Part shown: in pieces, positions 24,566-32,686 of the stretch
Layout of the letters: each line of letters opens with the position of its first letter
Position numbering within the stretch: the first letter of the stretch is position 1
DNA from: Promethearchaeota archaeon
GTDB lineage: Archaea > Asgardarchaeota > Hermodarchaeia > Hermodarchaeales > Hermodarchaeaceae
Assembly (NCBI GenBank): GCA_048939245.1
Contig: JBHLPR010000025.1
Location: 1 to 32,686 of the forward strand
Direction: 5' to 3'
Length of the DNA: 32,686 nucleotides
Translations under genes and position numbers: made by a program
The notes under the pieces: model-generated
What the model saw: the letters and a program-made list of their open reading frames with translations, nothing else
Database searches by the model: none
What the model was told of the DNA's origin: nothing

Positions 24566-27121
24566 ATGGCTTTAACTGGCAAAAAAGTTGGTAAATTTGC
24601 CATTGCCCTTGCACTTGTCATCAGTATGTCTGTCATTCTTATCATTCCTCTGGACATCATCCCTCCACTTGGTGGGCTCATAGACCCCTTTACGGGCATC
24701 TGGACAGTGTATCAAGATGCTGATCACCCTCCTTATGCTAGTGTTCATGTTCCTGGTCTATCTGAACAGGTAACTGTAGTCCGAGACAATTGGGGGGTCC
24801 CCCACATTTACGCGGCTAATGAACCGGATTTGTACTTCGCATTCGGGTATGTGCAAGCACAAGATCGGCTTTGGCAAATGGATATTACGCGACGTCAAGC
24901 CCGCGGTCAACTTGCCGAGATTCTTGGTCCCAATTATATTTCTGCGGACCGGTTTCTCCGTACGCTTGGCATGGAACGTGCTGCGCAATTGACCATTGAT
25001 CATATGTATGCTCAGGAAGATGAAGAAAATACAACGCTTGTAGCGAATATGGAAGCGTTTGTAAATGGGGTGAACTTTTTCATCGCAAATGTGGGACCAA
25101 ACCTGCCTCTTGAATTCAAGCTCCTGAACTACCGTCCCCGCCCTTGGACTCTGATCGATTCAATCTCTGTCGGACGAATCCTCGACTATGGGCTCTCATG
25201 GTCTGACACCGATCTCCAATTTGCCAATACTATAGCAGAATTAGGGAACGATTCCGCATGGGAACTTTTCCCATTAAATCCACCTCTCCAAACCCCTGTT
25301 GTCCCTGAATATGGGGCTACCTACATTCCTCCCCCATCCTCTGATATCAATGCTAAAGATATCCCTGACTCCTTGCAACAATCGATTTCTGATATCTTAT
25401 CCTGGACCGAGAATATCCCTGATCCAGAAAATATCCTGTCACGATGGCAAGGGGATTTCATTGGTTCCAATAATTGGGCGGTCAACAGCACTAAATCTGA
25501 GACTGGAAGACCAATTCTTTGCAATGATATGCATCTTTCTCGTGATGTTCCTGCCATTTGGTATCAAGCGCACCTCGTAGCCGCTGATACAGGGCGGAAT
25601 ATCTATGGCTTCGTTCCTCCAGGTGTTCCTCTCATCATCGCTGGACACACCGAATATGTTGCCTGGGGCTTTACCAATGTTGCCGCTGATGTCATCGACT
25701 GGTATTACTATAACATCAATCCCTCGAATCCAAACGAATATTGGTACAATGGTGCCTGGCACACCTTTGAAGAAGAAACCACGATTATTCAGGTTAAAGG
25801 TGAAGCTCCCTATTATCACACCATCAGACGGAGTGTCCATGGTCCTATCATGTCTGATGTGGGTACCAATTACAATGACTACGTTATTGCACAACGGTGG
25901 AATGGAGGCGAACCAAGTTACGAATTAATTGCCTTGAATAGAATGACCATGGCACGAAATTACACCGAATTCATTGAAGGTCAAAAATTCTGGTGGACCA
26001 TCTCGCAAAACATTGTCTTTGCCGACATCTATGGAAACATTGCCATTCGACCCACGGGTCACTGGCCGATTCGCGCAGAATGGTATGGGGGCCTCCCCCA
26101 CAACGGATCTGCAGGTGAAGGCGAATGGATTGACTATGTAGATTTTGATGCGTTACCATTATCACTTAATCCTGACCGTGGTTGGGTCGTGAGTGCAAAC
26201 CAGCTTGCAGCAGTACAAGGACCGTCTGCTTATCCTTACTATATTCATCAAGGTTATGCACCTGGCTACCGTGCCCGACGCATAATTCAGATGCTGGAAA
26301 GCGATGACAGTATCACAGTTGATGATATGAAGCGCATCCAAAATGATGTACTAGACACGGCCGCAGAAGCCTTAGTTCCATATCTCATTGATGCCTTCGA
26401 TAATGCGTCACCATCCATTACTAGTGATCCCGTGTTGTCCGACGCCATTGACGAATTGCGCTCATGGAATTTCACCATGTTGAAAGAATGGGCGGCGCCC
26501 ACCATTTGGCGGGCATGGTATGACTATTATAATGAATTCGTCTTCGCTGATGAATATCCTACAAATCGCGGCGGTCTTCTTTGGCCTTCTCCAGTCATTC
26601 TAGAAAATCTAACTCGGTTTAATCCGACTTCTCACTGGTTCAATGATACTACTACCAGCTCCACCGAAACACGTGATGATATCATTCTCAGTTCCTTCAT
26701 TGAGGCTATGGAGGCCTTGACAGAGGAAGAGGGTACAGATGTGAGCCAATGGACATGGGATAAGTTCCACTTCGTCGTCTACTCGCATATGGTTGGGGAC
26801 GCCTTAGGACATGAACCGATTCCAGCGGATGGGAGCGGTGTGACCGTGAATCCATCTCGAGTAAACATGTGGGCACGCGAACAAGGCGCTGCAGGCGGTG
26901 GTCCGAGTGAACGACTCATTGTGAATTTTAACGATGTGTGGCACGCGCTTAGTGTAATTCCTGGAGGTGAAAGTGGGCATCCACTCTCACGCCATTACAG
27001 CGATCAACTCTTCCAGCTCTTCTTAGTAGGGGACTACCATGTCGACTATATCTACTTTGATATTGATGATATGCTTCTCCTGCCTATTCGAGTAGAATCA
27101 ATCTTGGTACTAACGGGGTGA
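24566..27121 (+). CDS. penicillin acylase family Ntn-hydrolase (peptidase S45), membrane-anchored/secreted
   Basis: RDNWGVPHIYA, GYVQAQDRLWQMD, GSNNWAV (beta-chain nucleophile Ser), NDMHL, PGGESGHPLSRHYSDQ; N-terminal TM helix; many NxS/T sequons. Confidence 0.95.
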   Translation: MALTGKKVGKFAIALALVISMSVILIIPLDIIPPLGGLIDPFTGIWTVYQDADHPPYASVHVPGLSEQVTVVRDNWGVPHIYAANEPDLYFAFGYVQAQDRLWQMDITRRQARGQLAEILGPNYISADRFLRTLGMERAAQLTIDHMYAQEDEENTTLVANMEAFVNGVNFFIANVGPNLPLEFKLLNYRPRPWTLIDSISVGRILDYGLSWSDTDLQFANTIAELGNDSAWELFPLNPPLQTPVVPEYGATYIPPPSSDINAKDIPDSLQQSISDILSWTENIPDPENILSRWQGDFIGSNNWAVNSTKSETGRPILCNDMHLSRDVPAIWYQAHLVAADTGRNIYGFVPPGVPLIIAGHTEYVAWGFTNVAADVIDWYYYNINPSNPNEYWYNGAWHTFEEETTIIQVKGEAPYYHTIRRSVHGPIMSDVGTNYNDYVIAQRWNGGEPSYELIALNRMTMARNYTEFIEGQKFWWTISQNIVFADIYGNIAIRPTGHWPIRAEWYGGLPHNGSAGEGEWIDYVDFDALPLSLNPDRGWVVSANQLAAVQGPSAYPYYIHQGYAPGYRARRIIQMLESDDSITVDDMKRIQNDVLDTAAEALVPYLIDAFDNASPSITSDPVLSDAIDELRSWNFTMLKEWAAPTIWRAWYDYYNEFVFADEYPTNRGGLLWPSPVILENLTRFNPTSHWFNDTTTSSTETRDDIILSSFIEAMEALTEEEGTDVSQWTWDKFHFVVYSHMVGDALGHEPIPADGSGVTVNPSRVNMWAREQGAAGGGPSERLIVNFNDVWHALSVIPGGESGHPLSRHYSDQLFQLFLVGDYHVDYIYFDIDDMLLLPIRVESILVLTG

Positions 27122-27127
27122 TACGTA

Positions 27128-27544
27128 ATGTCCATTGCACAGCAAATCTATGAAACCTTTGCAAAACAAAATCTTGTCAAAACCTACTTACTCCTCCTCG
27201 TATTGACAATGGTCTTGCTCTACCTTTTGAGTTGGCCTGGGGTCATTCTCGCTGCAGCTATCGCAGGGTTCTTCGTTCGACGATACTCACGGGCAGCACT
27301 TATCGGTTTCCTGGGCGGTCTTACAGCATGGGGACTATTAGTGGGCATACATCTGGCCTTTGGTGGAATCGCGGTCCTCGAGCTCTTTGGGGCACTTGCA
27401 GGATTAGAAGGATTAGGTGCAGCCTTGTCAGCAATTATTGTCCTCATTGGAGGACTACTCGGACTAGCTGGTTGTCTCCTCGGTAATGCCATTTTCAGTT
27501 TCTTCGAACAATACTTCATTGAAACCTCTGAAACTACCCCCTAG
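27128..27544 (+). CDS. small integral membrane protein
   Basis: About four Gly/Ala/Leu-rich hydrophobic segments; starts 6 nt after the acylase stop. Confidence 0.8.
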   Translation: MSIAQQIYETFAKQNLVKTYLLLLVLTMVLLYLLSWPGVILAAAIAGFFVRRYSRAALIGFLGGLTAWGLLVGIHLAFGGIAVLELFGALAGLEGLGAALSAIIVLIGGLLGLAGCLLGNAIFSFFEQYFIETSETTP

Positions 27545-27716
27545 CCATCTCTTCTTTAAACCTCGGAGGTCTGATGAAAAAAATAGTGGTGATAAGGAAA
27601 AAGATTCTAATTCAACTATTATGCCAAATTACCCATAGCTTGACTAGCATCCCCAAACCCTTAAAATATCAAAGGGTATTGATGGCGCAGAAACATGAAA
27701 ACGAGGAACCCTTCCA

Positions 27717-29474
27717 ATGGAACAGCTAGTTCATAATGGCATCCGGATTATCGAACTTCCTAATCCCACAGATATGGTGCTGACCATCCGGGGTACAGAA
27801 TACACGCTCGATGCCCAGCAAGAACAGATGGCAATGGCTTTCGTCGCGAAACGACATCTTGGTTATTGGGAAGACCAAGTATTTGTTCGTAATTTTTTGA
27901 AGGATTTCAGCAAGGCGTTAGGTATTAAACCGGTCCTAAAACCCCAGGAAATCCAATTGGAACCCCTCTTTCAGGAAGGTATTGTTCGTAGAGATCGCGA
28001 ACAGCAACGGAAAGAAGCCATGACAAAGGAAGACCGTAAGGCATTGGCCACACAGCGGAAAGAAACCCGGGAGACCCTCCGCGAACAATATGGGTATGCA
28101 ACAATTGATGGAGCGCACATCGAAATTTCAAACTGGACAGCTGAACCAAGCTGTATTTTCATGGGACGTGGCAAACATCCGCTGCGGGGAAGATGGAAGC
28201 CCGGTCCCCAACAAAAGGACATCACCCTGAATTTAAGCCCGGATGCACCCATGCCCGAGGGTAACTGGGCAGGGCGCGTTTGGCAAACTGATAGCCTCTG
28301 GATTGCTCGCTGGGAAGATAAGCTCTCAGGGAAAACCAAGTATGTCTGGGTTTCTGATACTGCACCTATGAAGCAAGACCGTGAGGCGCAGAAATTTGAT
28401 ATGGCCCAGCAACTAGCCAAGCGGATTAAGGTGGTCCGTCGGGCTATCCAAGATGGGATGAACGCGAAACGTGCCCGCCGACGCCAAATTGCTACTGCCT
28501 GCTATCTTATTGATGTCTTAAGTCTGCGAGTGGGAGACGAAAAGGATCCTGATGAAGCTGACACGGTCGGGGCTACCACCCTTCGACCTGAGCATGTTAC
28601 AATAAAAGCCAATGGTGAGGTGGAATTCGAGTTCTTGGGCAAGGATTCTGTTCCGTGGCATAAGACAGCAAAGCTCCCTCCTGAAGTTGTCGAGGAGTTA
28701 CAGGAACTACTCAATAATGCTCGAGCACCAAGCCAAAGCAACCCCAAGGGAAGAGCGCATCCAACTAGGGTTGAACCCCAAATTTTTCCTGATGTCAAAA
28801 GTCGTAACGTGAATGCATTTCTTTCAGAGATTATGCCAGGACTCACAGCGAAGGTCTTCCGGACCTATCATGCTAGTAGCACCGTCCGAACTTCTTTAAG
28901 TCATTCAAAGGTAAAACCTGGAGATCCCAAATGGGTGAAGAAGAACGCCGCAAAACAGGCAAATCTTGATGCAGCGATTGTATGTAACCATACCAAACAA
29001 GAGCCTAAAGGGTGGAAAAGGCGGCTACAACGTTTCCGGGAACGACAAAAGAAAGCAAGAGAACGGATTCAAAAAGCTAAACAAAATTTAGAAGCCCGGC
29101 AAGCGCGATTGAAAGAACTCGAAACCAAACAAAAAATGAAGCTCCAACAATTGAAGGAGAAGGGAAAACCTATCCCACGGGGTAAAAATCGACCGTATAC
29201 ATCCTCAATCGCCACTACCCGACGAAGTGTTGAAACCGCGAAAGAACGTCTAGCCCGCGCCAGAGACGCCAAAGACAAATTAAACGCACAAATCGACATT
29301 GCCAAAAAAACCCGGACATGGAATTTAGGCACAAGCCTCAAATCCTATATTGACCCCCGTATCTATCGAGATTGGGGACATCAGGTCGATTATGATTGGA
29401 AAGACTTCTACTCGAAGACGCTCCAACGCAAATTCGCTTGGATTGCTAACGAACACGAACCAGCGAAAAACTAG
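27717..29474 (+). CDS. top1: DNA topoisomerase IB (eukaryote-type)
   Basis: LVHNG, FMGRGKHPLRG, LRVGDEKD, ADTVG, FLGKDS, AKVFRTYHAS, CNH, GTSLKSYIDPR with catalytic Tyr544. Confidence 0.96.
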   Translation: MEQLVHNGIRIIELPNPTDMVLTIRGTEYTLDAQQEQMAMAFVAKRHLGYWEDQVFVRNFLKDFSKALGIKPVLKPQEIQLEPLFQEGIVRRDREQQRKEAMTKEDRKALATQRKETRETLREQYGYATIDGAHIEISNWTAEPSCIFMGRGKHPLRGRWKPGPQQKDITLNLSPDAPMPEGNWAGRVWQTDSLWIARWEDKLSGKTKYVWVSDTAPMKQDREAQKFDMAQQLAKRIKVVRRAIQDGMNAKRARRRQIATACYLIDVLSLRVGDEKDPDEADTVGATTLRPEHVTIKANGEVEFEFLGKDSVPWHKTAKLPPEVVEELQELLNNARAPSQSNPKGRAHPTRVEPQIFPDVKSRNVNAFLSEIMPGLTAKVFRTYHASSTVRTSLSHSKVKPGDPKWVKKNAAKQANLDAAIVCNHTKQEPKGWKRRLQRFRERQKKARERIQKAKQNLEARQARLKELETKQKMKLQQLKEKGKPIPRGKNRPYTSSIATTRRSVETAKERLARARDAKDKLNAQIDIAKKTRTWNLGTSLKSYIDPRIYRDWGHQVDYDWKDFYSKTLQRKFAWIANEHEPAKN

Positions 29475-30148
29475 GTGGCTTTTTTAGGCTCTATTGTTGT
29501 AAATTTTTGAATTCCTTGCTGAAATGCCTTTGCAGCGCGAGCGGGATTCTTAGCCTTGGTGATACCCCCTCCAGCAATCACAATCTCCACCGGATACTCT
29601 AAGATATTGGGTAAATCTGCAACTCGGATTCCGCCAGCAACAGCAAGACAAGGGTGACCACGCAATCGTGAAACCGACTCTAATTCCGATAAGGGCGCAC
29701 GCCGTGCGGCTCGACGGTCCAACCCACTGTGAACACACGCATAGTGAATATCTGTGCCCTTATAGGAAAGCCCTAAAATATCGGCAAGTCGACTCATGGG
29801 AATACGGGAGACAATTAAATCCACCATCACTTCAACATCAAATTCATGCGCTGCTTTTAGTGCACCAATGAGGGTTTCATTATAGGCATCAGCTAATACG
29901 GTAACAATATCCGCTGAGGCCTGGGCTGCCATCCGCACCTCTAAATAGCCTGCATCCGCAGTTTTGAGATCTGCACATACCGCCTTATTCGGATACGCTT
30001 TCTTGAGCGATTTCACGGCGCCAATACCTTCTGCTTTTATTAGCGGGGTTCCTGCCTCCATGATATCCACATACGGCGCAACTTGTTCCGCAACTTTGAT
30101 TGCGTTATCCAAATTTTCGAAGTCTAAGGCAACTTGCAGTCGAACCAT
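29471..30148 (-). CDS. 3-hexulose-6-phosphate synthase (HPS/KGPDC family)
   Basis: LQVALD, EAGTPLIKAEG, ADLKTADAGYLE, HSGLD, AVAGGI, GGGIT. Confidence 0.88.
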   Translation of the reverse strand: MVRLQVALDFENLDNAIKVAEQVAPYVDIMEAGTPLIKAEGIGAVKSLKKAYPNKAVCADLKTADAGYLEVRMAAQASADIVTVLADAYNETLIGALKAAHEFDVEVMVDLIVSRIPMSRLADILGLSYKGTDIHYACVHSGLDRRAARRAPLSELESVSRLRGHPCLAVAGGIRVADLPNILEYPVEIVIAGGGITKAKNPARAAKAFQQGIQKFTTIEPKKAT

Positions 30149-30302
30149 GGTCAGCACAACCTATACACTCCTCGATTCGGCGCCTATAAAGGCACTTATC
30201 CGTACGGATTCTGTAAAAAAACGGCGTAAGCAAAAACCTTGCTATAAGCTAGAACACGATGACACGAAAGGATAAAAGGTGAAAACTAGCACACTTTCCC
30301 AT

Positions 30303-30686
30303 ATGAGAGCTTTGACCTGCATTGCAATTCTCTTCGGAATCATCGCAATCGTTGCGGGATTCTTCGGCTTCATGTTCTTGATTGCCACCGTCGGGGACAT
30401 TGCCGCAAACCAAATGACTGCCCTTATGCTCTTTGGTGCCACCGGGATATTGATTGTTGTCGCAATCATCCTCGGCTATATCGGACAGCGACAACCCGAA
30501 CGGGTTGTTGTCCAGGCCCAAGTCGACCTCCCAAGGGACTTTGATGTCAGTGAAGTTACCTGTCCACATTGTGGAGGTACCCCTACTCGGGACAACTTAG
30601 CCTATGATCCACGAATCGGGGCCGTGGTCCTCACGTGTCCCTATTGTAGTAAAGTGTCTCAACTTGTCGAAGACGTTAAATGGTAA
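30303..30686 (+). CDS. two-TM membrane protein with C-terminal zinc ribbon
   Basis: Two hydrophobic helices, then CPHC...CPYC, ends QLVEDVKW; alternative GTG start 30279. Confidence 0.8.
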   Translation: MRALTCIAILFGIIAIVAGFFGFMFLIATVGDIAANQMTALMLFGATGILIVVAIILGYIGQRQPERVVVQAQVDLPRDFDVSEVTCPHCGGTPTRDNLAYDPRIGAVVLTCPYCSKVSQLVEDVKW

Positions 30687-30775
30687 TTCCAAGACGGAAA
30701 ACACAAAAGCCTGTCTTAACCTAGTCCAACTTAAAATAAAGCAAAATTCCCCATTTAGGCCTTAGCGAGCTGAAT

Positions 30776-31150
30776 ATGTCAATGGTGTCTAATCCCCCAC
30801 CTCCCTCTTCTAATTCACTATCAAGTGAAGCCATCGTTAAACAGCTCACCCAGGTTCTAAGTGACTTGAAAAGAGAGGGAAAACTCATCAGGATCCAAAT
30901 TTGCCCGAAATGCAAATCCCCCAATATTCGCGGTCAAGAAACCTGGTATGACATCGGTGGTGCCATGGGGATAACTCCCCCCAAGTACCGCTGTCTTCAC
31001 TGTGGCTACTGGGGACGAGTTATCATCGAAGCCACCAACGAAGATATCGACGAAAGGGTCCTCGATGACTTGGCGCGAAACGACGCCGAAAGCGCCCAAA
31101 AGCTCTTGAATGATATTAGCCAACAATCAACTAAACAGAAAGATCATTGA
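30776..31150 (+). CDS. zinc-ribbon hypothetical protein
   Basis: CPKCKS...YRCLHCGY. Confidence 0.75.
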   Translation: MSMVSNPPPPSSNSLSSEAIVKQLTQVLSDLKREGKLIRIQICPKCKSPNIRGQETWYDIGGAMGITPPKYRCLHCGYWGRVIIEATNEDIDERVLDDLARNDAESAQKLLNDISQQSTKQKDH

Positions 31151-31166
31151 AGGATGTGCCCAACTA

Positions 31167-32686
31167 TTGACCCGTATCAAATTCTTCCCCATTGCTCTCA
31201 TGGTGTGCCTGTTCATCACATTTGCTAGTCCATTAGTCCTTGCTCATGGTTTCTCAGGAACCAGTACCCCAAATATCAACGCAACATCACACCGACTGAG
31301 CCCTGTAAACTATGATTTCCGGATCCTCAATGAAACCGTACAAGTCTTTCCCCAAATAGATGCATCCGCACTCATCAACTACTCTATCACCTTTGAAAAT
31401 TACGGCACCGAATTCGACTACATCGATATCGGATTACCTAACACCTACTATCAACTATCTAGCTTTCGTGCTTACTGGTCCCTTGAAGGTGCACCCTATG
31501 TTGAACTCACCTCCATCGCACCTTCCTCTGTAGTTGATATTGGAATTGAGATTTATATTCCCCCAGCCGTCCAACCCGGAAATGGGGAAGAAGGCACGAT
31601 TCTAGTCTGGGGCAACCAGGGTCACATGGTCTATCTTGATACCGACCCCGCCACTCCCGGTTATGTCGGATATGAATTCATTCCCACCTGGTATGGATCC
31701 AGTTACAACCGGGGCACCGACTATCTTGCCTGCCATCTGCACTTCCCACCAGGCTTCAACAACGGCACCATCGCCAAATACTATTACAACGCCCCCACGA
31801 CCCACTACTGGACCAACACCAACCTGGTCTACGTATGGGAATACACTAACCTCGCCAATTATCAAGGCATCCTCCACGGCATCGGCTTCCCCTACGATGA
31901 ATCCTACATCACCACCTACTACACCACCAACGGCGGCACCACCACAAGCATCGACCTCTGGGCCTTCTTAGAAGAATACGGCGAACTCCTCATCTACGCC
32001 GTCATTTTCATCATCTTCTTCGGCGCCTGCTGCATCGGCGCCATCAAAAGTACCCGCCTTGCTGGTGCGGGACGCCGCCTTGTCAAACGTGGCTACCTTC
32101 CCCCCGCTGTCAAAGTCGAAGCCCTGGGCATCCGCCGCGGCCTCACCGTCATCGAAGCCGCCGTCCTCAACGAAACCCCCCTGGACCGCGTCTTCACCAT
32201 GGTCGTCTTCGGCCTACTCAAAAAAGAGCTCATCACCGTCCAACGAACCGGCAAAGCTAAACCCACCTTCCACCCCAACCCCGACGCGATCGCGAAAGCC
32301 GCCAGCGCCAAAGGCCGCCTCCACTACTATGAACGCCTCTTCCTCAAAGCCATCACCCCCCAAGGCAACCTGCACAAAACCCGCGTCCGCACCATGCTCA
32401 ACACCCTCATCAAAACCACCGCCCGCAAACTCGAAGGGTATAGTCGCACCGACACCAAAGCCTTCTACACCCGCATGATCGACCAAGCCTGGAAACAAAT
32501 CGACCTCGCCACCACCCCCACCGCCCAAGCCAGCGCCCTCACCGACTACGCCGAATGGCTCCTCCTCACCCCCGACTACGAACGCCGCATCAAAACCTAC
32601 CCCACCTACTACGTCCCCGGCTGGTACTGGTGGTGGATCCTTGCCAGCCACCCCCGTCCCCACACCATCACCCACCCTCCAGGCAC
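31167..32686 (+). CDS. large single-pass membrane protein (DUF2207-like architecture), 3' truncated by window
   Basis: Not in ORF track. Open frame of at least 506 codons from TTG 31167 (alt ATG 31200): signal peptide, beta-rich exterior domain (DYIDIGLP, FIPTWYG, HFPPG), TM helix LLIYAVIFIIFFGACCIGAI, then YLPPAVKVEALGIRRGLTVIEAAVL...GYSRTDTKAFY. Confidence 0.85.
   Translation, partial: MTRIKFFPIALMVCLFITFASPLVLAHGFSGTSTPNINATSHRLSPVNYDFRILNETVQVFPQIDASALINYSITFENYGTEFDYIDIGLPNTYYQLSSFRAYWSLEGAPYVELTSIAPSSVVDIGIEIYIPPAVQPGNGEEGTILVWGNQGHMVYLDTDPATPGYVGYEFIPTWYGSSYNRGTDYLACHLHFPPGFNNGTIAKYYYNAPTTHYWTNTNLVYVWEYTNLANYQGILHGIGFPYDESYITTYYTTNGGTTTSIDLWAFLEEYGELLIYAVIFIIFFGACCIGAIKSTRLAGAGRRLVKRGYLPPAVKVEALGIRRGLTVIEAAVLNETPLDRVFTMVVFGLLKKELITVQRTGKAKPTFHPNPDAIAKAASAKGRLHYYERLFLKAITPQGNLHKTRVRTMLNTLIKTTARKLEGYSRTDTKAFYTRMIDQAWKQIDLATTPTAQASALTDYAEWLLLTPDYERRIKTYPTYYVPGWYWWWILASHPRPHTITHPPG

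Noticed and set aside
27560-27605. CTGATGA...GAAA resembling a hammerhead core or C/D-box C motif
   Set aside because: No stem II or flanking helices, and no downstream CTGA D box at a suitable distance.
27657-27677. ACCCTT-N9-AAGGGT inverted repeat around the top1 TATA box
   Set aside because: Only 6 bp and a single occurrence, which is expected by chance.
31602-32675. Pro/Thr/Ser-rich + ORFs and Gly/Val-rich - ORFs (mucin-like appearance)
   Set aside because: Off-frame and antisense artefacts of the C-ending codon bias in the real frame starting at 31167.
31600-32686. High-GC horizontally acquired island as explanation of the composition shift
   Set aside because: G-ending codons are depleted rather than enriched, the shift occurs inside a continuous ORF, and no mobility genes or att/TSD sites are visible.

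Overview
Gene-dense archaeal chromosomal DNA. An Asgard or TACK (e.g. Bathyarchaeia-like) origin is inferred from a eukaryote-type topoisomerase IB, a single-OB SSB, a PAC2 proteasome chaperone, a zinc-ferredoxin and TATA-type promoters. About 38 CDS are supported. Two of them run off the window ends and are missing from the ORF track: an M20 peptidase at the left and a membrane protein of more than 500 aa at the right. Main blocks: (i) a four-gene reductive pyrimidine degradation cluster with a PreT-less dihydropyrimidine dehydrogenase, followed by Fe-S proteins; (ii) redox/stress genes (BCP, flavin reductase-rubredoxin, ferredoxins); (iii) an Orange-protein-like metallocluster locus with two DUF134 regulators that share a 14-bp palindrome architecture upstream; (iv) a PAC2 + Hsp20 operon; (v) a penicillin acylase, TopIB and hexulose-6-phosphate synthase; (vi) an uncharacterised membrane/Zn-ribbon gene group. 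The strongest non-genic signal is an extreme C+A strand skew that switches on inside the last gene and is weakly mirrored at the left end. No rRNA, tRNA, CRISPR or mobile element was recognised. All family assignments come from motif recognition by eye, not database searches.
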